A stretch of DNA of 64,000 nt. Origin: Haliotis rubra (Eukaryota). Within the stretch, counting starts at the first letter, position 1, and each line of letters begins with the position of its first letter. Position numbers and translations under genes: made by a program. Positions 1 to 9,475 of this stretch are shown here, in pieces. The stretch spans positions 372,001 to 436,000 of the forward strand of contig NW_025767145.1 of the NCBI RefSeq assembly GCF_003918875.1, written 5' to 3'. The notes under the pieces were generated by a model. It saw only the letters and a list, made by a program, of their open reading frames with translations, was not told the origin of the DNA and made no database searches.

Positions 1-347
1 CAAGTGGTTCGAGGCATTTGAAAACTGCATTTCAGCTGGAGCGAGAACTGCATTTCAATATAGCAAGAATCTGCAGAAACCGGAATGTGAATTCGAGACA
101 GAGGGATATTCGACATATCCTTCTGAAAGATATTTGACTGGAGTGAGCCATACGTAGTCAAACCTTCATACAGCACTGTGTAGTTAAGGAAATGTAACTG
201 AAGCACTATTTATATCAATGAGTAATAGCGTGTGTTGTGTGCACATGATCTTCGAGCCGTGCGTACGTGCAAAGCTAGTTTACAAATATAGAGACAACAG
301 CAGCACTAAGTCGTAATTCTATCGTCTTAAATCAGTAACGTGCATGC

Positions 348-948
348 TACGGAAGCCTATTAGGGCCACGCTACGCTATTATTCAGCATCTTGTATCTTG
401 AAAATTCAACTTGCTATCTTGAAAATTCAACATCCTTTCTTGAAAATTCAACTTGTTATCTTGAAAATTCAACTTAGTGTCTTGAAAATTCAACTTAGTA
501 TCTTGAAAATTCAACTTAGTATCTTGAAAATTCAACTTAGTATCAACTTAGTATCTTGAAAATTCAACTTAGTATCTTGAAAATTCAACTTGCTATCTTG
601 AAAATTCAACATCCTATCTTGAAAATTCAACTTAGTGTCTTGAAAATTCAACATCCTATCTTGAAAATTCAACATAGTGTCTTGAAAATTCAACTTGCTA
701 TCTTGAAAATTCAACTTAGTACCTTGAAAATTCAACATCCTATCTTGAAAATTCAACTGAACTTTGTTGAATATTCAAGTGAGTATCTTGAATATTCAAC
801 TTGTTATCTTGAAAATTCAAATTAGTATCTTGAAAATTCAACTTAGTATCTTGAAAGTTCAACTTATTATCTTGAAAATTCAACTTGCTATCTTGAAAAT
901 TCAACATCCTTTCTTGAATGTTCAACTTGGTATCTTGAAAATTCAAGA
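348..948 (+). repeat. Left terminal inverted repeat: ~46-bp unique tip plus ~26 copies of 21-bp unit TATCTTGAAAATTCAACTTAG
   Basis: Read directly; explains the heptad-repeat ORFs (LKIQLSI) at 344-985. The array ends in the near-palindrome TCTTGAAAATTCAAGA. Confidence 0.95.
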
Positions 949-1012
949 TATTTCACGTGACATTGCATTGTATTATTTCATTTAGAGTACAGGTTTGATT
1001 GAGGATTCAGAC

Positions 1013-3593
1013 ATGATGTCTTTGGACAATTTCCTCAAATCTCGGGGGATAGAGCAAGAGAATATTGACAAGATGCACACTGATAAGGTATGTTTAATGT
1101 GTTTTATTGAGATTAATGCTTCTTTGAATCTGAGATATAGTCGTTTACATTAACATATATTGTCATATATAATGTGACTCGTGAATATCCGGGTTAGAAT
1201 TGATTTTCAGTAACCCACGCATGTCGAAAGAGGCGACTAACGGAATCAAATGGTCAGGCTCGCTGACTTGGTTGACACATGTCATCGGTTCCCAATTGAT
1301 TGTGTAGATCGATGTTCATGCTGTTGATCACTGGATTGTCTGGTCCAGATACGATTATTCACAGAGCGCCATATAGCTGCAATATTGCTGAGTGTGGTGT
1401 AAATCTAAACTAACTCACTCATATATAATGCAGGCATGGTCAAATATAGCATATTTTGATGTCGCCAATTTAGCATTTTCTATGCAGTATGCTTCATTCA
1501 AAAAAAATGTCCTGAAAATTCTGAAATGTTCCAAAACAAATCTGAAATCATTACATTTTGAAGTTTATTTCATTGCCAGCAGTTCGTTTCAAAGATATAA
1601 TCAAAACTTTACGTTTTAGATTGATGGTCCATGTATAGACCTGATGACTGATGAACAGCTCTCGCAGTATATTCCCGCATTTGGGGACAGATTAGCGCTG
1701 AGAGGATTTGTTAAACCTGTGAAGAGGAAACATGATGAGAGAAAACAAAGCTTATTTGAAAGACTGCGCATGAAACTGAAGAAAGGCTCATCTCCAAGCA
1801 AAGACAACCAATGCGAACAGAAATATGCCCAAGCCAAAAATGCAATGAAGGAAAGCAAAACGGTGGGCATTGGGTTGATGAAATTCGACAGGAAGAAGAA
1901 GTTTTTCGACAAGTTCGGACAAACTCTGGTGGTGGTACACGTAGCACATCATTGCCAAAGACCTCAACAAAACTGGACATTCTGACCTCAGCTAAGACCA
2001 TATTCTTTCCCAACGGAACCTCAGTAAAACTTGGAGAAGAAACGCAGTTTGACTTTGATGTCATGGATTACCAGTTTGTTAAATTAGAGGAGCAGTTCAC
2101 AATACAGCAAATAAGTGAAATAACCAAGATGAAAAATCTTCGGTTCTACCTCATCATCAAAGACAAAGATCTGAGTGAGTTACCTGATGAAACTCCAGGG
2201 CCTAGTAAACCAATATCACCAGGAACTGGAGCCAAAACATCCACTATCACATCCTCGTCTGAGTATGAAGATAAAACAACATGTTACAAAACAACTTCCA
2301 AGAACGACATCCCATTGCATGGAACTGACACATCATCTAATGATTCTCTTCCTTCTCTAACGTCAATAACTAACACCGCTGGCTGGCAACGTGACAGGGG
2401 AGCATGTCACAGAATCCAGTATGGCTGATGTCTTATTGATTGACTCCTTTCCTCCAGTACAATCCTTCACAGCTGAGGTACCTCAGGATCCCACTATAAC
2501 GGAACCTACAGAATCTAGCATTGATATTGATATGCTATTCAGTGAGTTTGAAAATGCACACAACATGGTGAAAAAACATACCATTCGCCTTCACAGAGGA
2601 CATGTCTATGAGGAGTTGATGGCAAAATTCCGAGACGAATCTTTCAATTTTTCAAAAGATCTCTTTACATTGGAAATGGTGCTACCAAATGGCGAGACTG
2701 AAATTGCTGAGGATAACGGGGGTGTTGTACGAGATGCACTTACAGAATTTTGGAAGTCTTTCTGTGATAAATGTACGCTTGGCAATGATTGCAAAGTACC
2801 TTTTCTGAGGCATGATTATTCAGATGCTGATTGGAAGTCAATTGCAACAGTGATTTTCTTCGGCTGGTCTACACAGCGGTACTTCCCTATTTGTTTATCA
2901 AAAGCTTTCATGTCCTGTGCAATCTATGGAATGGACATCTTTTCAGAGAACAAAAAAAACATGATTTCGGATTTTCTCTCGTTTTTGCCGGAAGGTGAAT
3001 CAAGAATCCTTTCTGCAGCACTAAAGGATGATTTTGACCAGGAGGAAGTCATGGACATTCTCGGGTCGCACGAATGTCGTGTGGTTCCAACCAAGGAAAA
3101 TCTGGAGAAGATCCTGGGGGAAATCGCCCACAAGGAAGTGATCCAGCAGCCCATGTATGTAAAAGACTGCGGGTTCAACCAGTTAACAGCTCTTGGTTTC
3201 GATCTGAACACCAGTTTGGAAACACTGTATGTGTCTGCAAAGCCAAATCCCCGCAAAGTGATCAAGATTTTATCTTTTCCAGACGAAATGAGTCCTGTTC
3301 AGAGTGCGACATCTGGCTTCTTAACAAAGTACATCCGGGAACTAAATTCTGATGACTTATCAAAGTTTCTACGTTTTTGTACTGGTTCTGACTTGCTTCT
3401 CACAACTGGCAATGGAGAAAACAAGCCAATATTTGTCAGGTTCAACACCCTGTCAGGGTTATCAAGAAGACCTGTCGGCCATACTTGTGGACAGGTACTG
3501 GACGTACCTGAACAGTATGACAGTTACATTGAATTCAGGGCCGAATTCAACTCACTGCTCAGAAGTGACATTTGGATAATGGACTTTGTGTGA
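1013..3593 (+). pseudogene. Transposon-borne SAM-like + HECT-domain E3 ubiquitin ligase (G2E3-like HECT); exons 1013-1087 and 1620-3593, two apparent frameshifts
   Basis: Exon 1 MMSLDNFLKSRGIEQENIDKMHTDK|gt joins in phase to ag|IDGPCIDLMTDEQLSQYIPAFGDRLALRGF (SAM-like). The frame shifts near 1900 into FRQVRTNSGGGTR...KTIFFPNG and again near 2370-2390 into the 400-aa ORF. That ORF has HECT hallmarks DNGGVVRDALTEFW, KFLRFCTGS and catalytic PVGHTC. AATAAA near 3967. Confidence 0.85.
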
Positions 3594-5239
3594 TTTAATC
3601 CAGCCTGCCACTTTGACTTTTAACACCTCTTTAATCTGAGTTTATGTGAACTTTCTGGAAGTGACTTTATTGTTCACCTTTGTTCTTGTTGTGTGATACA
3701 CAAGTGTTTTTATCATAATCCCTCCCAACATAGAAGATGTTCGTATACAGTATTTTCATTTTAGAATATAGTTTCATTTCAAGTTTCCTTCAAAGGGGTT
3801 ACTGTACAAAATGAAAGATCTCATTCTATATTGATATTTTTATATCATTTTAAAAAGTGTAAAATTATGTTGAAAAATTTATGTGTTACTTCATGCAGGC
3901 AATTGTTGCTAATGATTACTGTTCACTGTTCCAGTTGAGATTGTCACTATGAAGAAAGAGTGAAAAAATAAAACATCTCATTTTGTGTCTTGGTTATCTT
4001 TGACCACTATTAATTTGAGAGCTTAGCTTTGAAATAGGAGGTTGCAATGGAGTGATTGAAGTGGGTTTTAACAAGCACAGCGGTTAGCTGTTTGGCTTTG
4101 GTTCAAGAGGTTCCAGGTTCGAATTCCACCAAGGGCACAACAACTTAGTCTGCAATATTGAGAACTGTTCTACACGCAGTCAGGTTTGGATGCAATGTTA
4201 CACAAAACAAATTGGGGGTGCGAGCATTCTTCCTGCAACAATACAACAGCCGATATAAAGTGAAATATTCTTGAATGCAGTGTTAAACATTTTTATCACG
4301 ACGGCTGGTATTATTGCAGGAAGAGAGCAATGATTGGTTGGAATCAAAGAACCAAGGGTGGTACTACACTGAATCTCAATACTACTAGTACTCAAACTTC
4401 ACTGTCTGCAGAATACAGTTCTCCAATGCAAAGACTCACCGAACCTCTTGGTTCTATGTTTCGCGCTAACCACTGTGACATGTGCTATCATGAGTCTCCC
4501 CTTATCTAAAGTCGGGAACTGTTCTACACTCAGCAAATATACACAGAGCTTCGGGACATGGATTTTCGATGCTGACTTACTGCTAAGATTTGGCGACACC
4601 TATCTTGGTGCTAAGAGAGCTTCGAAAATCTGGGCCCTGAAACTTAAACCTAACTGAGTGCAGAACAGTAACGCCTATGCATGGATCGCTAGCTCCAGTC
4701 GCTGCTGGCAGGTGTCATAGCAGTTAACACAACGGTACATTGGTTGACCATCCTTCCTTACGACACAAATACTAGCCACTGTCATATTAAGAGCAATACT
4801 CTTGAAAGCGGCATAAAACCCCAACTCAATATTAAATTTCATTTAATTTCTTATACCAGATTTAACCGGATTAGCAATCCTGTTCCCTTGCACTTGTAAG
4901 ATTTCAGCTTAAACTGTTTTTCATACCAACCCAACTACAAACAGACATGCTGCTATATCATTTTCAATATTTGAAATTGTTTACATATTTTGCATATTTC
5001 GCTGCTCAAATAATACTATAATATATAACAAGTACCAGTTCTACGAACTGCAGTCAATGGATTGAAAGCAAATGTGAAAAATCTCTTATTTTCTCTGAAC
5101 GAAAAAGACTGAGATGACTATACAATGGCTTTATTCATGAAACATTTCTTCCATTTCTCATGTATGTATCTGCTATGTTCATCTGAGGAGCAAAGGTTGA
5201 TTTTCAGACAGTTTCGTACATCAAAGCTCTTTTCTGATC

Positions 5240-6752
5240 TCACTTCTTGAATGCAAAAGTCAAATTCTTCTTGTCATCGGGAAACTGCCATTGCATGTCC
5301 TCCATGATCAAAGTACACAGTTCATGCACTGTTGGGTCACAGTTCACCTCACCTCTCGGGGTACTCTCCTGTCTACAGAGTTCCAGAGAGGCTGGACACA
5401 CAGGCTTCAAATGATCTTCAGCTCCATAAAGTTGGGGAAGGGAGAATAGAACAGATGGTTTTCCACTAGGATTGTCGGAGTTTTTGTTTGCTCGTATCTG
5501 ATGAAAGTTCCATGTTTGTGCAACATCTTTGATTTCCTTCTGAAATGAAAGGGATGAGTATATGTTACTATTTACTGATAAATATTCGTATCTGGAAAAG
5601 ACAATCCAGTGATTAACAGCATGAACATCGATCTTCGCAATGGGGAACCGACGACATGTGTCAACCAAGCCAGCGAGCCTGACCACCCGATCCCGTTAGT
5701 CGCCTCTTACGACAAGCATAGGTTACTGAAGGCCAATTCTAACCCGGACCTTCACGGGTTACTGATATGACATCAAGTACAACATAGGTGTGATGACATA
5801 ACACATTGACAGATTTTATTGTAAAGTGTCCATGCATGCATACATTTACTTTGAAAACATATTTTAATTCATGTAAATGTCTTATTTGCTTTATATGAAC
5901 ATATGAAAATATAACACCATACCTGAATGACATCAAGGAAACAGAACTGCACCAGGCTCTTGTCAAGGTAGTCTCCACAAAATAAGTCTTCATTTTTCAG
6001 GTGCTTGAACATGTCCATCCAGTATTGCACACACTGCTTTCTCAATATACCCCACCAAAACTCAATACGTTGGTTGTGGACACTTGAGCCATAAAGAAAG
6101 CTTTCACTTCCAGCAAATCTGTCGTTGTGGTCATGTCTAAGCAACAGCTGCATCTGCTCTACATGCCTATTTTCACCACCAGCATCTGATCTGATTCTTT
6201 CTGGGCATCCATGCAGTCGTTCTACAGTGTCAAGATAATATCCAGCTACTACTTTGGGATCGTTGTTTGTCGTCCATGCATCCATCCACAAAACACATCT
6301 AGAAAATCCGTCCACACATCCGTGAATACATATGCCATAAGGTTTCAATTTATCATATCCGTCCATGTGCCAAAGTGCATTTGGGCCGGTTGAAATATAA
6401 CTGCGGCATGCAAGGCGGCATTTCTTGCGATTCCTTACTCCTTCTGGGTCAATTAGATTCATAAGTATCAAAATAGTTTCTTTTGAAACTATGAGTCCGC
6501 TCTCCTGACATTTACGATGCATCCACCTGTAACCATTACAATTACCCGATGTGTCACACTGTTGCAAAATGAACAAAGCCACTTCCATATCAGAATGGCC
6601 TTTTCTCCTGTGAAGTTTGCATTTGGACAAAACCCTTTTCAGTGTCCTTACACTTATAATCATGCCATGATATTGTGCATATTGTGAATTTCGGCGTTAG
6701 ATAATCCTAAGGAAAAATACATAGAGATTATATTGTCTCTGCTTTGCTCCAT
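5240..6752 (-). pseudogene. DDE integrase-core transposase (IS3/IS481-like); exons ~6752-5923 and 5539-5240, frameshift near 6680
   Basis: Motifs WHMDGYDKLKPYGICIHGCVDGFSR (D), RIRSDAGGEN (D), GSSVHNQRIEFWW (E). N-terminal HTH-like MEQSRDNIISMYFSLGLSNAEI.../GMIISVRTLKR. Phase-0 intron FLDVIQ|gt...ag|KEIKDVAQTWNFHQIR. PolyA signal near 5130. Confidence 0.88.
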
Positions 6753-6836
6753 TGTCATATGTCATACACAGTTCGTGTACAGAGAATTTGGAAAAGCGCA
6801 TAATGAACGAAGAACATTTCATTTAAGTACTAATTT

Positions 6837-7173
6837 TCTTGAATTTTCAAGATAGGATGTTGAATTTTCAAGATACTAAGTTGAAATTTCAAGATAGCAA
6901 GTTGAATTTTCAAGATACTAAGTTGAATTTTCAAGATAACAAGTTGAATTTTCAAGATAGCAAGTTGAATTTTCAAGATAGTAAGTTGAATTTTCAAGAT
7001 ACTAAGTTGAATTTTCAAGATAGTAAGTTGAATTTTCAAGATACTAAGTTGAATTTTCAAGATACTAAGTTGAATTTTCAAGATAACAAGTTGAATGTTC
7101 AAGATAGCAAGTTGAATTTTCAAGATACAAGATGCTGAATAATAGCGTAGCGTGGCCCTAATAGGCTTCCGTA
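6837..7173 (-). repeat. Right terminal inverted repeat: ~14 copies of the same 21-bp unit plus unique tip
   Basis: Reverse complement of the left end; same tip and same array-terminating palindrome. Confidence 0.95.
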
Positions 7174-7243
7174 GCATGCAGATCGGAGCATGAGCTGAAA
7201 ACAGAAAGGGGTTTTTGCATGGCTGTACTCTATTTATAGATTA

Positions 7244-7414
7244 GGGGCGGTGGGGTAGCCTAGTGGTTAAAGTGATGTCTCGTCACGCCGAACACCCGGG
7301 TTCGATTCCCCACATGGGTACAATGTGTGAAGCCCATTTCTGGTTGTTCCCCGCCGTGATATTGCGGGAATATAGCTAAAAGCGGCGTAAAACTAAATCC
7401 ACTCACTCACTCAC
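7244..7414 (+). mobile_element. tRNA-derived SINE family A (representative; further copies near 7667, 9975, 10980, 13680, 14125, 15306, 16215, 18472, 37770, 43513, 45232, 46417, 47982, 57939, 60082, 61385)
   Basis: Pol III A/B boxes (GTAGCCTAGTGGTTAAAG...GGTTCGATTCCC), shared body, (ACTC)n or (CAGT)n tail. Confidence 0.9.
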
Positions 7415-8548
7415 TATTTATAGATAACCAAACATTCTCATTTGGTCTGCGACATTAACAACGAGGTGACGCAAAAAAAGTCACAATATATATTGTGACT
7501 TGAATGCATGTGAATTTCGAACTGTGCATATGCACATAGCAGGTTTACAAACATACAGACAACGGTGAAACAATTCCATCACTACGTTAATATTCATATA
7601 TTGTCATATACTTGGCACAAGTAGTGTGGGTGCAGTTCAATGGTCTAAGCGAGGCTTGATCTTGGCGTAAGTGGTTAAAGCGTCCGCTCGTCACGCCGAA
7701 GACCCGGGTTCGATTCCCACACATGGGTACAATGTGTGAAGCCCAGTTCTGGTGTCCCTCGCCATGATATTGCTGGAATATTGCTAAAAGCGGCGCAAAA
7801 CCATACTCACTCACTCTGGCGTTGTTATACGTAACATAACACACAAAAACAAAAGCAGCATCTTTCAGTGTCATTTACTTTATATGCACTATATTTACAC
7901 GTGTCGTATATTTTGAAACATGTACTTACAGAGGGTATTTGCATCAATATGAAACAGAATCCTTGCCAGCCTATCCAGTAAGAGACTTTGGACCAGGCAA
8001 ACCCATGATTGCATGAATTACAAATATCGCAATGGAGCATGATCAGGACACATCATCATTAGGTACAATTCTAACACGCGATTGTAAAGCGTTTCTAAAT
8101 TAGCAGGGGCACTCGAGCCCAGCCGTCTAACGCACATTTTGCTGTGAAGAGTCGCATCCCTTTACTGTGCCAGGATCTGCCCTTGTGGCATCACATTTTT
8201 CAACACCGTAACGGTGTTAATAGGTTTCACCAAAGCGCTAAACATAACGATTTCCTCACTAAAGTCTTTTTTGTTGAACAAGTCATGATGTAACTGAACC
8301 AATAGCAAAATAGTATACTGAGGGAAAGGAATAAGGGAACACCACTTCATCGCACTTTTCCTCTATTTATTCTCAGATTCTCACCAACAGTGCGATACAA
8401 AGCTTGATCAGAAACCTGGAAAAGAATAACGGAACATTAGTGCTTTAATGTGTTCCCTTATTTTTTTCCCTCAGTATATAAGGCATCAAACTTTGTACTT
8501 GTCTTTAAGTCACATGTAAAAGAATCATGAAAGCCTCTGGTAACACCC

Positions 8549-9475
8549 CTACCCATGCTTCAAGCGCAGGTAAGAAGATGAATGAGAAGCGCTGGGAAAC
8601 AGTTCAGAGTAAGATGGAGGAGGGTCAGTGATGACGTCACAGATGACGTCATACGGTGGTGGGTGAGGGTTGATGCTAGATAGGGACTGGGTAGAAATGA
8701 TGTCACAGGGAGATGAAGATTCTGAAGTTGGGAAGGATTCGTGAATAGGTGGAGCTGATGGTACACATCGCTCTGTCACACCATCTACGGGAATCGGACG
8801 CAAGTTTCTACACCTGTCCGTACACCTGTGTTCTTTCAAAACCACCTTGATCCCGTCAACACCTTTGTCGCTATCTCCGTACGTCCGAGAAACAGAATGA
8901 ACAGTAGGTTCTCCAAGATGGAACATACTATCAGGTCCTACCATCCCTTTCAGCCCACAGATGACAAGCTCCCCGTGCGACTCGTGATATGAGAAGTGTA
9001 TCAGTTCATCCAAAGCCTTGCAGTCTTTTACGTTCCTACCCACGCTGTCCACAAATATACTTTCTTCACCCAACACCTCCTCAATTAAAACCATCTCTCC
9101 CTCTCTCACTTCCCGGCCGACTGTCTTCATCAACCATGACGTTGCTCTCTTCATCCGTGCTACCATAGGCGAACTGACTGATATGGGGAACATACCATTC
9201 TTGTACGCTGTTCTCATATATTCAGTTACCATTCGTAATTGCTCGTACCTTTTCAGGTTACTTTGCCATGGGTTTTTGGAGGTACAAGGCCTTGATAGCG
9301 GAAAGTTGACAGCCACGGTGTCGCCTGATCGTAACGTACTATACAGCTCGCCCGCTAGAGTTATCGCTCCTGTTTCTTTTGATACGTCACTTCCTCTTTT
9401 GTCAATTATGGCTACTCTGTGTCCATGCGGCGTTGTGGTGTACGTGGAACTATGTTTCCGGAATAATATACCCAT
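8549..9475 (-). CDS. Alpha-kinase (eEF2K/MHCK-type) domain protein, probable pseudokinase, with PSAP/PPxY-rich C-terminal tail
   Basis: LIEE...IHFSYHESHGELVICGLKG...LGEPTVHS...YGDSDKGVDGI...HRCTDRC matches the alpha-kinase C-lobe and Zn finger. The start is placed at ACCATGG (9475, MGILFRK) just after a pyrimidine-rich splice acceptor. A possible 5'UTR exon donor lies at ~10189. Confidence 0.8.
   Translation of the reverse strand: MGILFRKHSSTYTTTPHGHRVAIIDKRGSDVSKETGAITLAGELYSTLRSGDTVAVNFPLSRPCTSKNPWQSNLKRYEQLRMVTEYMRTAYKNGMFPISVSSPMVARMKRATSWLMKTVGREVREGEMVLIEEVLGEESIFVDSVGRNVKDCKALDELIHFSYHESHGELVICGLKGMVGPDSMFHLGEPTVHSVSRTYGDSDKGVDGIKVVLKEHRCTDRCRNLRPIPVDGVTERCVPSAPPIHESFPTSESSSPCDIISTQSLSSINPHPPPYDVICDVITDPPPSYSELFPSASHSSSYLRLKHG

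Larger units (their letters stand above)
348..7173. mobile_element. Two-gene cut-and-paste DNA transposon, IS3EU-like (DDE integrase-type transposase + HECT E3 ligase), full-length but frameshifted
   Basis: Ends are exact inverted repeats (TACGGAAGCCTATTAGGGCCACGCTACGCTATTATTCAGCATCTTG at 348; reverse complement ends at 7173). GCATGC flanks both sides (342-347, 7174-7179), i.e. a 6-bp TSD. Convergent transposase and HECT genes lie inside. TAY..RTA ends with a 6-bp TSD are what I recall for IS3EU; not verified by search. Confidence 0.9.

Noticed and set aside
394-948. CRISPR-like array (constant palindromic repeat with variable spacers)
   Set aside because: The variable part is only ~7 nt and drawn from a few variants. 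The context is eukaryotic with no cas genes, and the array is mirrored at 6837-7127 as part of a transposon TIR.
344-985. Leucine-zipper-like heptad ORFs (LKIQLSI)n, also at 6830-7177
   Set aside because: Artefact of translating a 21-bp repeat; open on both strands.
7244-7320. tRNA genes (here and at 18873, 34352, 4060 etc.)
   Set aside because: tRNA-like heads run straight into SINE bodies and tails; many diverged copies.
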